From: Methanobacteriota archaeon
Lineage (GTDB): Archaea; Thermoplasmatota; Poseidoniia; Poseidoniales; Poseidoniaceae
Assembly (NCBI GenBank): GCA_002722695.1
Contig: PBMS01000029.1
Location: forward strand, 5,724 to 69,723
Direction: 5' to 3'
Length of the DNA stretch: 64,000 nt
In this document: positions 55,357-64,000 of the stretch, in pieces
How the letters are laid out: each line of letters begins with the position of its first letter
Numbering within the stretch: the stretch's first letter is position 1
Notes under the pieces: generated by a model
The model's database searches: none
Told to the model about the DNA's origin: nothing
What the model saw: only the letters and a program-made list of their open reading frames with translations
Made by a program: the position numbers and the translations under genes

Positions 55357-56370
55357 TTATTCCACGGTCAAAATTTCGGGGCCGCCCGATGTCACGTGAA
55401 CGGTGTGCTCAAACTGAGCAATGTTGCCGCCGTCTCTGCAGCGAAGGACGTGGTATGTTTCAAGGAATCGAATGCTGATGAGCTTCTTCACAAGGGCGTT
55501 CCATTTGCTTTGCAAACTGGCCTCATCGGCGTCAGGGAAGGGTTTCTTCAGCATGGGGAACGCCCATCGTTCTGCAAACGGCAAGGTGGAGTAGCGTTCC
55601 TCGAGATTTCGAGCCATCTGTGCGCCCAGTGGTTTGAGCTGGTTTTTTGCGCGCGCTTTTCGTGACGTGGTAAGGCCCGTCACGCGGTAAATGTTGGAGG
55701 AATTGGAACGGCCGATGTTTTCGATAAGCCCTGATTTCCCGGTGGTGTTGAAGGGTTCGATGGCGTACACGCCGCCTTCTTCGACCACTCCAGAAAACCC
55801 TCGGTTGTCTTTTCCGCATGCAAAGGACGGCACGGACACGCCGGCGTGAAGTTCCCAAGGCTTGAGTTGATGACCGCACAGATTCCGGATCGGTTGGAAG
55901 CCGGCGTCGAGAGAGGGTTGAGCCGCAGCCTGGCCGACTTTGTGCCAGGGCGTTCCGGGGTGGAGCATTTCAACAGCGGCGTCGCGAGCCTCTTTTGCGG
56001 CCTTGATCTGTTCCGTGTGCTGATTGCTGTTGCCGATTTCAATCGTCAGGGCGTTGTCGCCAATGTGGCCCTTGATGTGTACGCCAAAATCGATCTTCAC
56101 GCAATCGCCTTTCTCAAGCACCATGTCGCCCTCCCACCCCTCAACGCCCAGCACTTGGTGGTTGGTGGTGAAGTGAGCAGCGAGGTCGTTGACAGCAATG
56201 GTTCCGGGAAACGCTGGCTTTCCACCGTGTCGGTGAATAAATCGTTCAGCGGATTCAATGATCTCGTGGAAGGTCTTACCGGGCTGAAGTTCGTCTTTCA
56301 TGGCTTCGAGGGTTCGTCGTGCGACGTGGCCCGCATCTCGCCAATACTTCAGGTTGGATTCTTCCACCAT
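55357..56370 (-). CDS. map: Methionine aminopeptidase, type 2 (archaeal)
   Basis: A pita-bread fold with metal ligands in conserved contexts (DFGVHIKGHIGD; GHQL; IEPF; EHTV). Start set at MVEESNLKYW, internal to the longer ORF. Confidence 0.8.
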   Translation of the reverse strand: MVEESNLKYWRDAGHVARRTLEAMKDELQPGKTFHEIIESAERFIHRHGGKPAFPGTIAVNDLAAHFTTNHQVLGVEGWEGDMVLEKGDCVKIDFGVHIKGHIGDNALTIEIGNSNQHTEQIKAAKEARDAAVEMLHPGTPWHKVGQAAAQPSLDAGFQPIRNLCGHQLKPWELHAGVSVPSFACGKDNRGFSGVVEEGGVYAIEPFNTTGKSGLIENIGRSNSSNIYRVTGLTTSRKARAKNQLKPLGAQMARNLEERYSTLPFAERWAFPMLKKPFPDADEASLQSKWNALVKKLISIRFLETYHVLRCRDGGNIAQFEHTVHVTSGGPEILTVE

Positions 56371-56942
56371 TGAACCACGCTGTGCGCAGGTACGATGCCC
56401 TCTCTCATAACAGTTACCTCCTCCCCATCGGTGCCGTTTTTGACGCTTAGGATGGTGCTCCCGACGCCTCCCGGGCATGTGCCTTCCAAAACAGCGTGTG
56501 CAGGGAGACCAAGATCGGCACCGGCCGCTTCAGAGGTTGCTGCGGGCGATTCACCGGATTCGTTGGCGCTGGTGGCCGTGATGGGTCCAAAGGCTTCCAC
56601 GAGCGACCGAGCCGCGGGATGGGCAAGGCACCGCACCGCAACACGACGCCCTCCCAATCGCTCGTCGAGCGGCTTGAGAGCATCAAGGATGAAGGTAAAG
56701 ACACCTGTCGGGAAAGCCGCCTCCAGACGACGAACCTTGCTGGACACGTGGACCAAGTCTGTGGCCTGATCGAGGGAGAGCACGCCCAAGCTGACCGGCT
56801 TGTCGGAAGGGCGACGCTTCAGTTCAAACAGGTTGTCCAGCGATTCAGAGGTTGGCAAGCAGGCCAGTCCGGGCAAGGTGCTGGTGGGGTAAGCAACGAC
56901 GCCGCCTTGCCGAACGTGTTGAACAAGCGCTTCGGGAAGCAT
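56349..56942 (-). CDS. L-threonylcarbamoyladenylate synthase (Sua5/YrdC/TsaC family)
   Basis: N-terminal VRQGGVVAYPTSTLPGLA, KRRPSDKPVSLGV and ATSANESG are typical YrdC-domain motifs. Start set at the internal MLPEAL. Confidence 0.75.
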   Translation of the reverse strand: MLPEALVQHVRQGGVVAYPTSTLPGLACLPTSESLDNLFELKRRPSDKPVSLGVLSLDQATDLVHVSSKVRRLEAAFPTGVFTFILDALKPLDERLGGRRVAVRCLAHPAARSLVEAFGPITATSANESGESPAATSEAAGADLGLPAHAVLEGTCPGGVGSTILSVKNGTDGEEVTVMREGIVPAHSVVQWWKNPT

Positions 56943-56947
56943 GACGC

Positions 56948-57229
56948 TCAACCCTTGACCCATTCTGTGACGTGCTTCTGTGCAACCTCGGCTGCGAGGA
57001 TTTTGTCTTCGGTCCGAACCATGAGCTTCCCGCTCGGATACAACGTCATGTCGCAGGCGCCTGAGAACGTCCAGCAAAGGCGCGAACGGACACCGACTTC
57101 GTAACCCGCCGCCTCGATGGCGCCACCGACCGCTTCGAGGTCAATGGATTCCACTTGATCGGGCACGATTTGATAGGAGCCTTGCGTACCGCACAGTTCC
57201 ATTGCAAATCCGTCGGACATGATCAGCAC
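56948..57229 (-). CDS. Small conserved-looking hypothetical protein (93 aa)
   Basis: An ORF with coding-like composition, co-directional and adjacent to the Sua5 gene. No recognisable motif. Confidence 0.3.
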   Translation of the reverse strand: MLIMSDGFAMELCGTQGSYQIVPDQVESIDLEAVGGAIEAAGYEVGVRSRLCWTFSGACDMTLYPSGKLMVRTEDKILAAEVAQKHVTEWVKG

Positions 57230-58273
57230 TCACAGTTCAGGGGGTCGGGAAGGCGGCCCGGAGGGTGGACCGCTCGGCGGGCCAGATGGGGGGCCGGAGG
57301 GTGGACCGCTCGGCGGGCCGGAGGGTGGACCGCTTGGAGGACCGGATGGGGGGCCCGACGGTGGGCCGCTCGGCGGGCCTGATGGTGGGCCGCTGGGAGG
57401 ACCGGATGGGGGGCCCGAGGGTGGACCGGAGGGTGGATCGCTCGGCGGGCCTGACGGCGGACCGCTGGGAGGACCGGATGGGGGGCCGCTCGGCGGTCCT
57501 GAAGGTGGTGGTGACGATGGGGGTGAGGGGGGGACGGGCGGTGGGGTTGGAGCCGTCTCAGGCGTGGTTTCAGGTTCGGGCTCGGGCATGGAGGTGCTCA
57601 CGGGCGTCAATGGAGCGAGAAGAGGGTCGGCCGCTGGGGGTGCGGGCGCTGGTTCAGAAGCAGGTTGCGGGGTGAGCGGCGTGAGCGGCGTTGGGTCAGC
57701 AGAGGCCGTTGCCCAGGGGGGTGTTCGTGGACCGTCTTCTTCCTCGTCGCTTGCCTCACCGGGCGTCATCATGGTTCCACCGCCCTGGATGTTTTCACCG
57801 ACGTAGGCGGTCATGACCACCGTGGATGAATCGATGATGCCGCGTTCTTCGGTGTTTCCAAAATCACCGAGGTGATTGTCAAAGGCGCCGCTGAACAAAT
57901 TGGAGCCGATGGCGTTACCGAGGACGCGCCCTTTTTGAGCTTGAAATTCAAAATCCGCATCGTAGGGGCCCAGCTTCATCGACTGCCCGCCACCGTTGAA
58001 TTCGAACGACCACGTACCGCTTTGAATGCGCGCCTCGAACTTGAATTGGCGCGTCAGGCCGGGGCCGATTGAACTGATGCCCTCCTTGGCCTCGTACCGC
58101 TTGCCTTTAGCGTCTAAAAGAGCAGCATCGAGACCCCCGATGGGGATCGACGATTCGTTCACCACGTCCACAACAACTTGGATGACGTCCTCATCGTCGT
58201 CGTCGATTTCCATGACCACCGACGTCAAGTGGGCGTTGAGGGAGCCGGCCCGGGCGCTGTGGTCATCGGTCAT
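57230..58273 (-). CDS. Protein with a ~230-aa N-terminal globular region followed by a Pro/Thr/Ala-rich linker and ~25 tandem PSGP repeats reaching the C-terminus
   Basis: The translation shows (PPSGPPSG)n ending SRPPEL. The N-terminal region is non-repetitive. The opposite-strand frame (Gly-rich) lacks a credible domain. Confidence 0.5.
   Translation of the reverse strand: MTDDHSARAGSLNAHLTSVVMEIDDDDEDVIQVVVDVVNESSIPIGGLDAALLDAKGKRYEAKEGISSIGPGLTRQFKFEARIQSGTWSFEFNGGGQSMKLGPYDADFEFQAQKGRVLGNAIGSNLFSGAFDNHLGDFGNTEERGIIDSSTVVMTAYVGENIQGGGTMMTPGEASDEEEDGPRTPPWATASADPTPLTPLTPQPASEPAPAPPAADPLLAPLTPVSTSMPEPEPETTPETAPTPPPVPPSPPSSPPPSGPPSGPPSGPPSGPPSGPPSDPPSGPPSGPPSGPPSGPPSGPPSGPPSGPPSGPPSGPPSGPPSGPPSGPPSGPPSGPPSGPPSRPPEL
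57240..57535. repeat. Imperfect 12/24-nt tandem repeat array (unit ~GGGCCGGAGGGTGGACCGCTCGGC), ~12 copies of the 24-nt unit, encoding the PSGP repeats
   Basis: Direct reading of the sequence. The repeats are contiguous with no spacers. Confidence 0.75.
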
Positions 58274-58337
58274 GCTGGCTCACCTGTTCCGACTGAGGAG
58301 TGGCTCTACTTCAATGGCTTGCTCCAACGGTCTGACA

Positions 58338-58901
58338 TCAGCGCAGTCGCAGACGTGTCTCCGAAGGCAGCGACCAGTCCACCGCCGCAACGGTGTGATG
58401 CTTCCGGTCAACAGCCGTGCGATATTCGGCGTCCGTGGAGCCGGCACTGAAGGTGTCGCGCAAACCAAACCACAGCGGACCGAGCACGGGTACGAGGTAC
58501 ACCATCTTGGCCACGGCTCGTGGACCCCAATGGTGGTGCTCGAGCATGGTACCGTTGTCGTGGACGATGGCGATGCGAAAACCTCGTTGAGCCAATGAGC
58601 GACCCATCGTTTGGCCGGTGTACTTGAAGTAGAGGTAAAACGCGGCAGCAAAAACAAACCAATTCATCACGAATGCGGCAGAGTATCGGCCGCCTTCGGT
58701 CATCATCTCGATGTTGAACAGGTTCGCCATCAATTGGCCACCGGTGAAGAAACTCAGAACGATGCTGATGAGCATAACGTCCAGCATGAACGCCAACACG
58801 CGCTTCCACGACGGGGCGATGAGCATGCCTTCGGGCGCAGAACCGATGATGTTCTGAGCCAGCGTTCCACCCTTGACGATGGTCACCGGGTCTTCGGCCA
58901 T
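58338..58901 (-). CDS. RDD-family membrane protein
   Basis: SWKRVLAFMLDVMLISIVL and GQTMGRSLAQRGFRIAIV match the RDD-domain pattern. Three TM segments. The true start may be the internal Met near 58826. Confidence 0.55.
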   Translation of the reverse strand: MAEDPVTIVKGGTLAQNIIGSAPEGMLIAPSWKRVLAFMLDVMLISIVLSFFTGGQLMANLFNIEMMTEGGRYSAAFVMNWFVFAAAFYLYFKYTGQTMGRSLAQRGFRIAIVHDNGTMLEHHHWGPRAVAKMVYLVPVLGPLWFGLRDTFSAGSTDAEYRTAVDRKHHTVAAVDWSLPSETRLRLR

Positions 58902-58946
58902 GCCGTGGCTACGACTTCTCCTTTGTCAAATGACGCGTTGGCCCCA

Positions 58947-60962
58947 TCATGCGCTGTGGGTCACGTGCCACGCAAACAACTGGTGCTCGTCCACCCAATC
59001 AAGGTAGGATTTCCACGTGCCGTCGTGTCGTAACGTGGTGGGGTGGCCGAGCAGAACGAGACCGCGTTTGGCCCGTGTGATGGCCACGTTCAAACGACGG
59101 TGGTCGGCAAGGAAACCAACTTCGCCGCGCTCGTTGGCGCGCACCGTGGAGAACACGATGACCTCTTTCTCCCGGCCCTGATACCCGTCCACGCTCTTGA
59201 CCTCCAACCCAGCGTACGGCTGCCCTGGTTCACGCCCGCCGGCCAGTTCAAACAGACGAACCAGCTCACGGACTTGGCCGTTGTACGGTGAAATAACGCC
59301 GATGTCCTCGGGCTGAAGGTCTCCCGGTGCAAGCAAGTCGTTGACCACGCTGAGCACTTTGGCTGCCTCGTCTCGATTGTATCGGCTTTTTCCCTCTTCG
59401 TCGCTCTCCTCCACCCCCTCCACGGGAACAAACGCCATCGGTCGGTCCCAATCGGGCCAGAGAAAACCTGCTGGTGGTGGGCGCTGATCGGCTGTGCAAC
59501 CGTCTTCGAGCCGATTTTCATAGAAACGGGCGCTTGGAAATTCTCGAAGAATCGGATGCATTCGATACTGGGTGGTCAGCATGTTGGAGTCGAGCCCGCA
59601 AGCGATGAGGCGGTCAAAGAGGGATCGGTTGAGCCCCCCTCGTTCGGCTCGTCGACTGAGCACGGTAGGTGGAAGCTGCTGGTGATCCCCCACGAGAATG
59701 AGTTGCCTGCAACCCTTGACGATGGGCACCAGCGCGCTGGGCTCGGTGGCTTGGGTCGCTTCGTCCATCAGCACGATGGGGAATTTACGGGATTCCAGAA
59801 GACGATGTCCGCATCCTATGGTGGTGGCACAAATGACCTCGGCTTCGTCAAGAACGCTCGCTGTCATGACGTCTTCCATCCTGCGAATTTCTTTGTGATT
59901 GATGTTGATGTCTCGGTGCATCAATCCTTTTTCTTTCCCTCTAAGGGACGGTAGGGCTTTCCTCAATTCTCGTTGTTCGTCTCGCAGGAACGCCAATTCT
60001 TCCTGCATGGGGTGGTCTTCCAAGACCGCATCAAGTGTTGCTGAACGCAGATGCTCTCGAACCTTGACGGGGCGACCGATGCGCAACGCTTTGACTCCCA
60101 AATCAAGGAGTCCCTCAAGCAGATTGTCAACCGCAACGTTGGATTCTGCGGTCGCAAGCAGTGGCCCGCTTCCCTCGAGTGAAAATTGATGCAAGAGGTG
60201 CGTTGCTGTGGTGGTTTTTCCGGTGCCAGGTGGGCCTTGAATCAGCGTGAGGCGGCGAGTCATGGCGGAGGCGATGGCGGCGTGTTGCGAGGCGTTTAGA
60301 TGGGCATGAGAGGGGTTTGGACCGCGTCGTTGTCGCTTTCCCCGAATATCAGGGGGAAGTTCTGCGCTTTGGTTCATGTTCAAAACGTTCCCGAGGAGGA
60401 GTTCTCGGAGAACGGTCCCCCCGTCCCCTTCTGTGGAGTGAAATGCGATGAGCGCCTCGTGCATGCGATCGTGAGCGACGCGATTTGCGCCTCGATCAAG
60501 CCGCCATCCACCCTTCCGAACATCCCTCGGTCGTTCGCTGACCACCACTCGCAACCGCGTGGGGCCTCGGTCGAGCACCACGCCTTCAACCACTTTTTCA
60601 CCCCAAGGGCGAGAACGGGATATGAGAACGATGTCTCCGTGGGAAAATCGGTGTTCGGGTAAGCGCCCCCCGTCCTGCGCTTCAAAGACAACGATGTCAT
60701 CGCCGAAAAACCGCCCCTGAGTTCGGCCACGAAGATCGAACAGGGAGACGCCTGACATCACAAGCCGTTGCTTTGACCAGGTCTTCCAGCGCTCCTCAAC
60801 GTGCTGTGTCTCATCGTCGAGTTCCTGTTTGATCAGCTCGGTCATCGTCGAGAAGTGATCTTGGCTTCGACGCCAGCGGTCGGGGGCAGGTTCGCCTTTG
60901 AGCCGAGGGGGTTCCGGGTCGCTGACGCTCTTCATGCGCTTGACCGACCCCTTTCGCGCCAT
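58947..60962 (-). CDS. Upf1-like superfamily 1 helicase (DNA2/NAM7 family; AAA_11/AAA_12)
   Basis: Walker A GPPGTGKTTT. Motif II is DEATQ, motif III VLVGDHQQLPPTV. Motif VI is VAITRAKRGLVLLG. An N-terminal beta-barrel-like region is present. Start chosen at MARKGSV; an upstream extension is possible. Confidence 0.75.
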   Translation of the reverse strand: MARKGSVKRMKSVSDPEPPRLKGEPAPDRWRRSQDHFSTMTELIKQELDDETQHVEERWKTWSKQRLVMSGVSLFDLRGRTQGRFFGDDIVVFEAQDGGRLPEHRFSHGDIVLISRSRPWGEKVVEGVVLDRGPTRLRVVVSERPRDVRKGGWRLDRGANRVAHDRMHEALIAFHSTEGDGGTVLRELLLGNVLNMNQSAELPPDIRGKRQRRGPNPSHAHLNASQHAAIASAMTRRLTLIQGPPGTGKTTTATHLLHQFSLEGSGPLLATAESNVAVDNLLEGLLDLGVKALRIGRPVKVREHLRSATLDAVLEDHPMQEELAFLRDEQRELRKALPSLRGKEKGLMHRDININHKEIRRMEDVMTASVLDEAEVICATTIGCGHRLLESRKFPIVLMDEATQATEPSALVPIVKGCRQLILVGDHQQLPPTVLSRRAERGGLNRSLFDRLIACGLDSNMLTTQYRMHPILREFPSARFYENRLEDGCTADQRPPPAGFLWPDWDRPMAFVPVEGVEESDEEGKSRYNRDEAAKVLSVVNDLLAPGDLQPEDIGVISPYNGQVRELVRLFELAGGREPGQPYAGLEVKSVDGYQGREKEVIVFSTVRANERGEVGFLADHRRLNVAITRAKRGLVLLGHPTTLRHDGTWKSYLDWVDEHQLFAWHVTHSA

Positions 60963-61076
60963 GCTTTCACCACCGCACGGCCCTTCATCATCGTATGCAT
61001 AAGGATTGAAGCGTTTGGCGAGCGACAAACCCTCAGTCTTAAACCGAGAATGCACCGCCCACGACTGGGTGGCTTG

Positions 61077-62201
61077 ATGTTTGGTCGCAGGAAAAAGGTA
61101 CAAGACGTCGATGGCGTTTCTTGTCCCTATTGCGGCCATCTGAACCCCGTTGGGTCTGAAAATTGCGAGCAATGCTATTACTCGCTCAACAAATCCGCTC
61201 GCGACCAGCCAACGGCCGAGCCCACGACCTCAGAAGACGAAATCATGAGTTTGCTGCTTGGCGAAAACGAAGAAGAGGAGGAGGCAGGCCCGGTGGTTGA
61301 AGCCGTTCTTTCCCTCGACGACGTGACCGTGGAGGTCGATCAGTACGCTGTGTCCGAACCGAAACACGACGAAGATGGCCAGCCCGTGCCGGATTCGTTT
61401 GATTTTATTGACGGTGAAGGCCCAACGCTGAGTTCCACCGTGGCTTCTCAGGAGCCCAACGAAGTCGAACTAACCGCCGAAGACGCACCCAAGAAGTACA
61501 TCGAATTTGAATTGAGCAATGCGGACCCGCTGGACGAAGTGGCCGAACCCGTGCACACGGGCCGAGGCGGGCTTTACTCGCCGACGGTCAGCATGCCCAC
61601 CGACGATGATTTGCTTGGCGAGGTGGGGCCGGCAACCAACACCGTGCCCGATTTGCCCGACCTACCTCCCGACGAGGTACCGCCCAGCGGCACGCTAGCG
61701 CAGGCCGCAGCAAGTGAAACCCCCGCACTTCCCGACCTGACGGACCTTGATGTGGGGCCGATTCCCGAGAAACCGCCCGCTTCTCAACCCCTTGCGGCGC
61801 AATACAAAACGCCCGATCTGCCGGATGTTGGAGAGGATGCACCCAACCAGGCGATGGCCACAACGCAATCGGTGGAAGCGGAACCGCTGCCCACTGAATC
61901 ACCAGCCCAACCTCGAATATGGCCGTGGCCGAAAGGCGAATCATGGGCACCGACTCAAATCTACCAAGAGGTGGTTGCGGCAATGGACCACATCAAGCAT
62001 CGTCGGATGGAGGAAGCCGCCGCCACCCTTGACGGTCTTGGTCCACACCTCGACCATCATCTTGACATGCTGCTTCACGTTTCGGTGTTGATGCAACATT
62101 TGGGCCGTCAAGAGCACATGAAGTGGACTCTTGATATGGCGGCGTACGTGCATCCGAACGACCCACATGTTCAACAAGCACGAGCCCAACTTTTGGCTTG
62201 A
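61077..62201 (+). CDS. Zinc-ribbon protein with a long acidic, proline-rich disordered region and a C-terminal helical domain
   Basis: SCPYCGHLNPVGSENCEQCYY is a C4 zinc ribbon. The middle region is strongly D/E/P-rich. Start set at MFGRRKK, internal to the longer ORF that would overlap the helicase. Confidence 0.45.
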   Translation: MFGRRKKVQDVDGVSCPYCGHLNPVGSENCEQCYYSLNKSARDQPTAEPTTSEDEIMSLLLGENEEEEEAGPVVEAVLSLDDVTVEVDQYAVSEPKHDEDGQPVPDSFDFIDGEGPTLSSTVASQEPNEVELTAEDAPKKYIEFELSNADPLDEVAEPVHTGRGGLYSPTVSMPTDDDLLGEVGPATNTVPDLPDLPPDEVPPSGTLAQAAASETPALPDLTDLDVGPIPEKPPASQPLAAQYKTPDLPDVGEDAPNQAMATTQSVEAEPLPTESPAQPRIWPWPKGESWAPTQIYQEVVAAMDHIKHRRMEEAAATLDGLGPHLDHHLDMLLHVSVLMQHLGRQEHMKWTLDMAAYVHPNDPHVQQARAQLLA

Positions 62202-62211
62202 GGTGAGGAAG

Positions 62212-62781
62212 ATGGTTGAGACGCCTGAACTTCGCGTCAGCGAACATCTGGTCCTCCAACCCGCGAACAACGGTGTTCTTGTGGCGATGTTTGAGGCTTA
62301 CAATGAGGACCCTGAAGCGGCGCAATCAGCCCTCCCGTGGCTGGATCCTAACGACGATGTGCGGCGGCAACTGCGGGACATGCTTTACGATATCGAAACG
62401 CAAAATGGAAACGACCAGCTTCATTTTTGGTCAATCCATCGAGTCGACACGGCGGAATTTGTTGGCTTGGTGGGCTTGGGGGACGAACTCCAATCGCTTC
62501 ATGCCAAGTTTAACCTCGGCTACTGGGTCAGAAGAGCCCATCGACGCCAAAACATCGCTTCAGCATGCGTTGATACGATTTTTGAATGGTTGACCTCACG
62601 AGCATCAACCACCACCGTTGAAATCGCCGTCCACCCTCACAACGATGCCGGATTGGCCACTGCGGACGCCATCTGCGACCGATGGGGTGGAGAACGACTT
62701 CCGGAGTTCATCGGCATTGAATTCAACGAACGCACCGTGCCTCACCATCTGCACCTGGTTGACCTTGGGCCGGAGGCCTGA
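62212..62781 (+). CDS. GNAT-family N-acetyltransferase (RimL/Acetyltransf_3-like)
   Basis: LRVSEHLVLQP...FWSIHRVDTAEFVGLVGLGDE...GYWVRRAHRRQNIASACV fits the GNAT core. Start at the internal Met. Confidence 0.6.
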   Translation: MVETPELRVSEHLVLQPANNGVLVAMFEAYNEDPEAAQSALPWLDPNDDVRRQLRDMLYDIETQNGNDQLHFWSIHRVDTAEFVGLVGLGDELQSLHAKFNLGYWVRRAHRRQNIASACVDTIFEWLTSRASTTTVEIAVHPHNDAGLATADAICDRWGGERLPEFIGIEFNERTVPHHLHLVDLGPEA

Positions 62782-62782
62782 C

Positions 62783-63580
62783 ATGCCAACATGGATGACG
62801 GTCGATGCGGACGACCTGAGGCACTTGCCCAAGCATCAAGGCCACCCCACACGCAGCACGACCGATTACACCGGAACGTCTGAAAAAGCCTCACCTTCGT
62901 TTCGTTTGGGATGGAGTGGCTTTCTGCGCTGGATGGGCACGCACGACGGAATTGTGACCCTGTTTGTCATCACCGATGCTCTCGAAGACACGACGTTTTG
63001 TGAGATGTTGGCTGAGGCAATCGACGCCTTTTCCGACCGACTGACCGTGGGCTGTCACGGCCACAGCCACCGCTCCTGGTCGGCGTGGGGCGAGGACGTG
63101 GACGGTTTTCGAACCATGCTTATCCGTTCGACGGAGCTTCTTCGCCGGCATGCTGGGACGGCGTTCCGACCTTATTTCCGCGCTCCAAACGGGTACGTGG
63201 CCCCTTGGATGGCCGCCGTTCTGTTCGAGCAGGGCTACAAAGTTGATACCTCGGTCAACCCTTCGTGGCTGGTCAAAGCCAAGGCGAATGGTGCAGCGTG
63301 GTCGGACGTGATTAAGGCCATGTCCGAAGCCGGTGTGGTGGAACGTGCCTGGTTGACGCAACTGACGCTCCCGGTGAACGGGCCTGCGTTGTTTCGATTT
63401 CCTCTGTCGCTCATCGCTCGTGGAGCGTGGAGGAAAACACCGCCGTTGCTCAAAGCAGGGCACCTGGGTGAGGTGGAAAACCCGCACGCACCGATCACGA
63501 CCGTGTACTGCCACGTGTTGGATTTCGCCCGAGACAACGGCACCTGGACACCGCCCCTTCCGAGGCATAGAGCCAAGTAA
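62783..63580 (+). CDS. Polysaccharide deacetylase family protein (NodB homology / CE4)
   Basis: FVITDALED (Asp motif), the His motif in GCHGHSH, and FRAPNGY. The start overlaps the GNAT stop (TGACATG). Confidence 0.6.
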   Translation: MPTWMTVDADDLRHLPKHQGHPTRSTTDYTGTSEKASPSFRLGWSGFLRWMGTHDGIVTLFVITDALEDTTFCEMLAEAIDAFSDRLTVGCHGHSHRSWSAWGEDVDGFRTMLIRSTELLRRHAGTAFRPYFRAPNGYVAPWMAAVLFEQGYKVDTSVNPSWLVKAKANGAAWSDVIKAMSEAGVVERAWLTQLTLPVNGPALFRFPLSLIARGAWRKTPPLLKAGHLGEVENPHAPITTVYCHVLDFARDNGTWTPPLPRHRAK

Positions 63581-63601
63581 AACCGACGCTCTGGCTGGCC
63601 C

Positions 63602-63961
63602 ATGACCGTGATCAACTTCGCTGAAAAATTCAGTCTCTTCTCCGACCTCTGGTCGCCCAAAGTCGTGGCTGAGATGAACGATTACCAATTCAAGCTCGTC
63701 AAACTGCAAGGTGAATTCGTATGGCACGATCACGGGCACACCGACGAGGTGTTCATCGTTATTGAGGGCAGCATGAACATCAAATTTGAGGACCGTACCA
63801 TTTCACTCAGCGCTGGAGAAATGCACGTCGTTCCCAAAGGAACACCCCACAAGCCCTACGCCGAGAAGGAATGCAAAGTGATGCTCGTCGAGCCACGGGG
63901 CGTGGTCAACACCGGGAACGCTGGCAGCGAGTTGACCGCTGAAAACGACGCCTGGATTTGA
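63602..63961 (+). CDS. Cupin-domain protein
   Basis: [16 protein letters not shown]...[14 protein letters not shown] shows the two cupin His-containing motifs. Confidence 0.6.
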   Translation: MTVINFAEKFSLFSDLWSPKVVAEMNDYQFKLVKLQGEFVWHDHGHTDEVFIVIEGSMNIKFEDRTISLSAGEMHVVPKGTPHKPYAEKECKVMLVEPRGVVNTGNAGSELTAENDAWI

Positions 63962-64000
63962 GCGGTTCAGTGCTCGTTCACGATGCGGCGATACACCTCG

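Noticed and set aside
57240-57535. Possible CRISPR array
   Set aside because: The direct repeats are contiguous, only 12/24 nt and in-frame coding with no spacers. This is a coding tandem repeat, not CRISPR.
57155-57806. Plus-strand Gly-rich ORFs (GGPEGGPLGG repeats) over the tandem-repeat array
   Set aside because: They are the opposite-strand reading of the PSGP repeat. The plus frames lack any non-repetitive domain or sensible termini, whereas the minus-strand ORF has a 230-aa non-repetitive N-terminal region.
60801-61076. Upstream extension of the zinc-ribbon ORF
   Set aside because: It overlaps the helicase coding region on the opposite strand. The hydrophobic/Arg-rich translation looks non-coding. 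The Met at 61077 immediately precedes the zinc ribbon.
62891-63739. 282-aa minus-strand ORF
   Set aside because: It is antisense to the CE4 deacetylase and cupin genes, which carry recognisable catalytic motifs. Its translation is Arg-rich.

Overview
The window is high-GC (~58-60%) archaeal chromosome. Archaeal hallmarks are a DNA polymerase D large subunit (DP2), primase large subunit PriL, an S13-S4-S11-RpoD operon, an archaeal-type LeuRS, type-2 MetAP, Sua5 and a class-III-signal-peptide pilin. Giant thrombospondin-type-3-repeat surface proteins and a bacterial-type PlsC acyltransferase suggest a marine Thermoplasmatota/MGII-like lineage; that placement is inference only.

The first ~30 kb is mostly housekeeping genes and surface proteins. 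From ~30.6 to 54.4 kb there is a large glycan biosynthesis/export supercluster. It contains GT4 and GT2 transferases, a Wzx-like flippase, a Wzm/Wzt ABC exporter, a nucleotide-sugar dehydrogenase and an epimerase. A lower-GC core (~38.6-50 kb) carries unusual multidomain enzymes. One is a GT2-GT2-PP-loop (QueC/amidotransferase-like) fusion. Another is a TPR-GT2-TupA-like ATP-grasp fusion. A stand-alone TupA-like ATP-grasp, a ThrC/cysteate-synthase-like PLP enzyme and a BolA/CGFS-glutaredoxin pair also sit in this region.

I interpret this as a candidate undescribed pathway for an amidated or aminoacylated uronic-acid surface glycan in an archaeon. Other notable items are a membrane-tethered wHTH regulator, a STAND NTPase, a (PSGP)n tandem-repeat protein, a CDIN1-like PD-(D/E)XK nuclease, and a Upf1-like helicase paired with a zinc-ribbon acidic protein. 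No rRNA, tRNA or CRISPR was recognised. Many ORFs in the supplied track are antisense artefacts of high GC.
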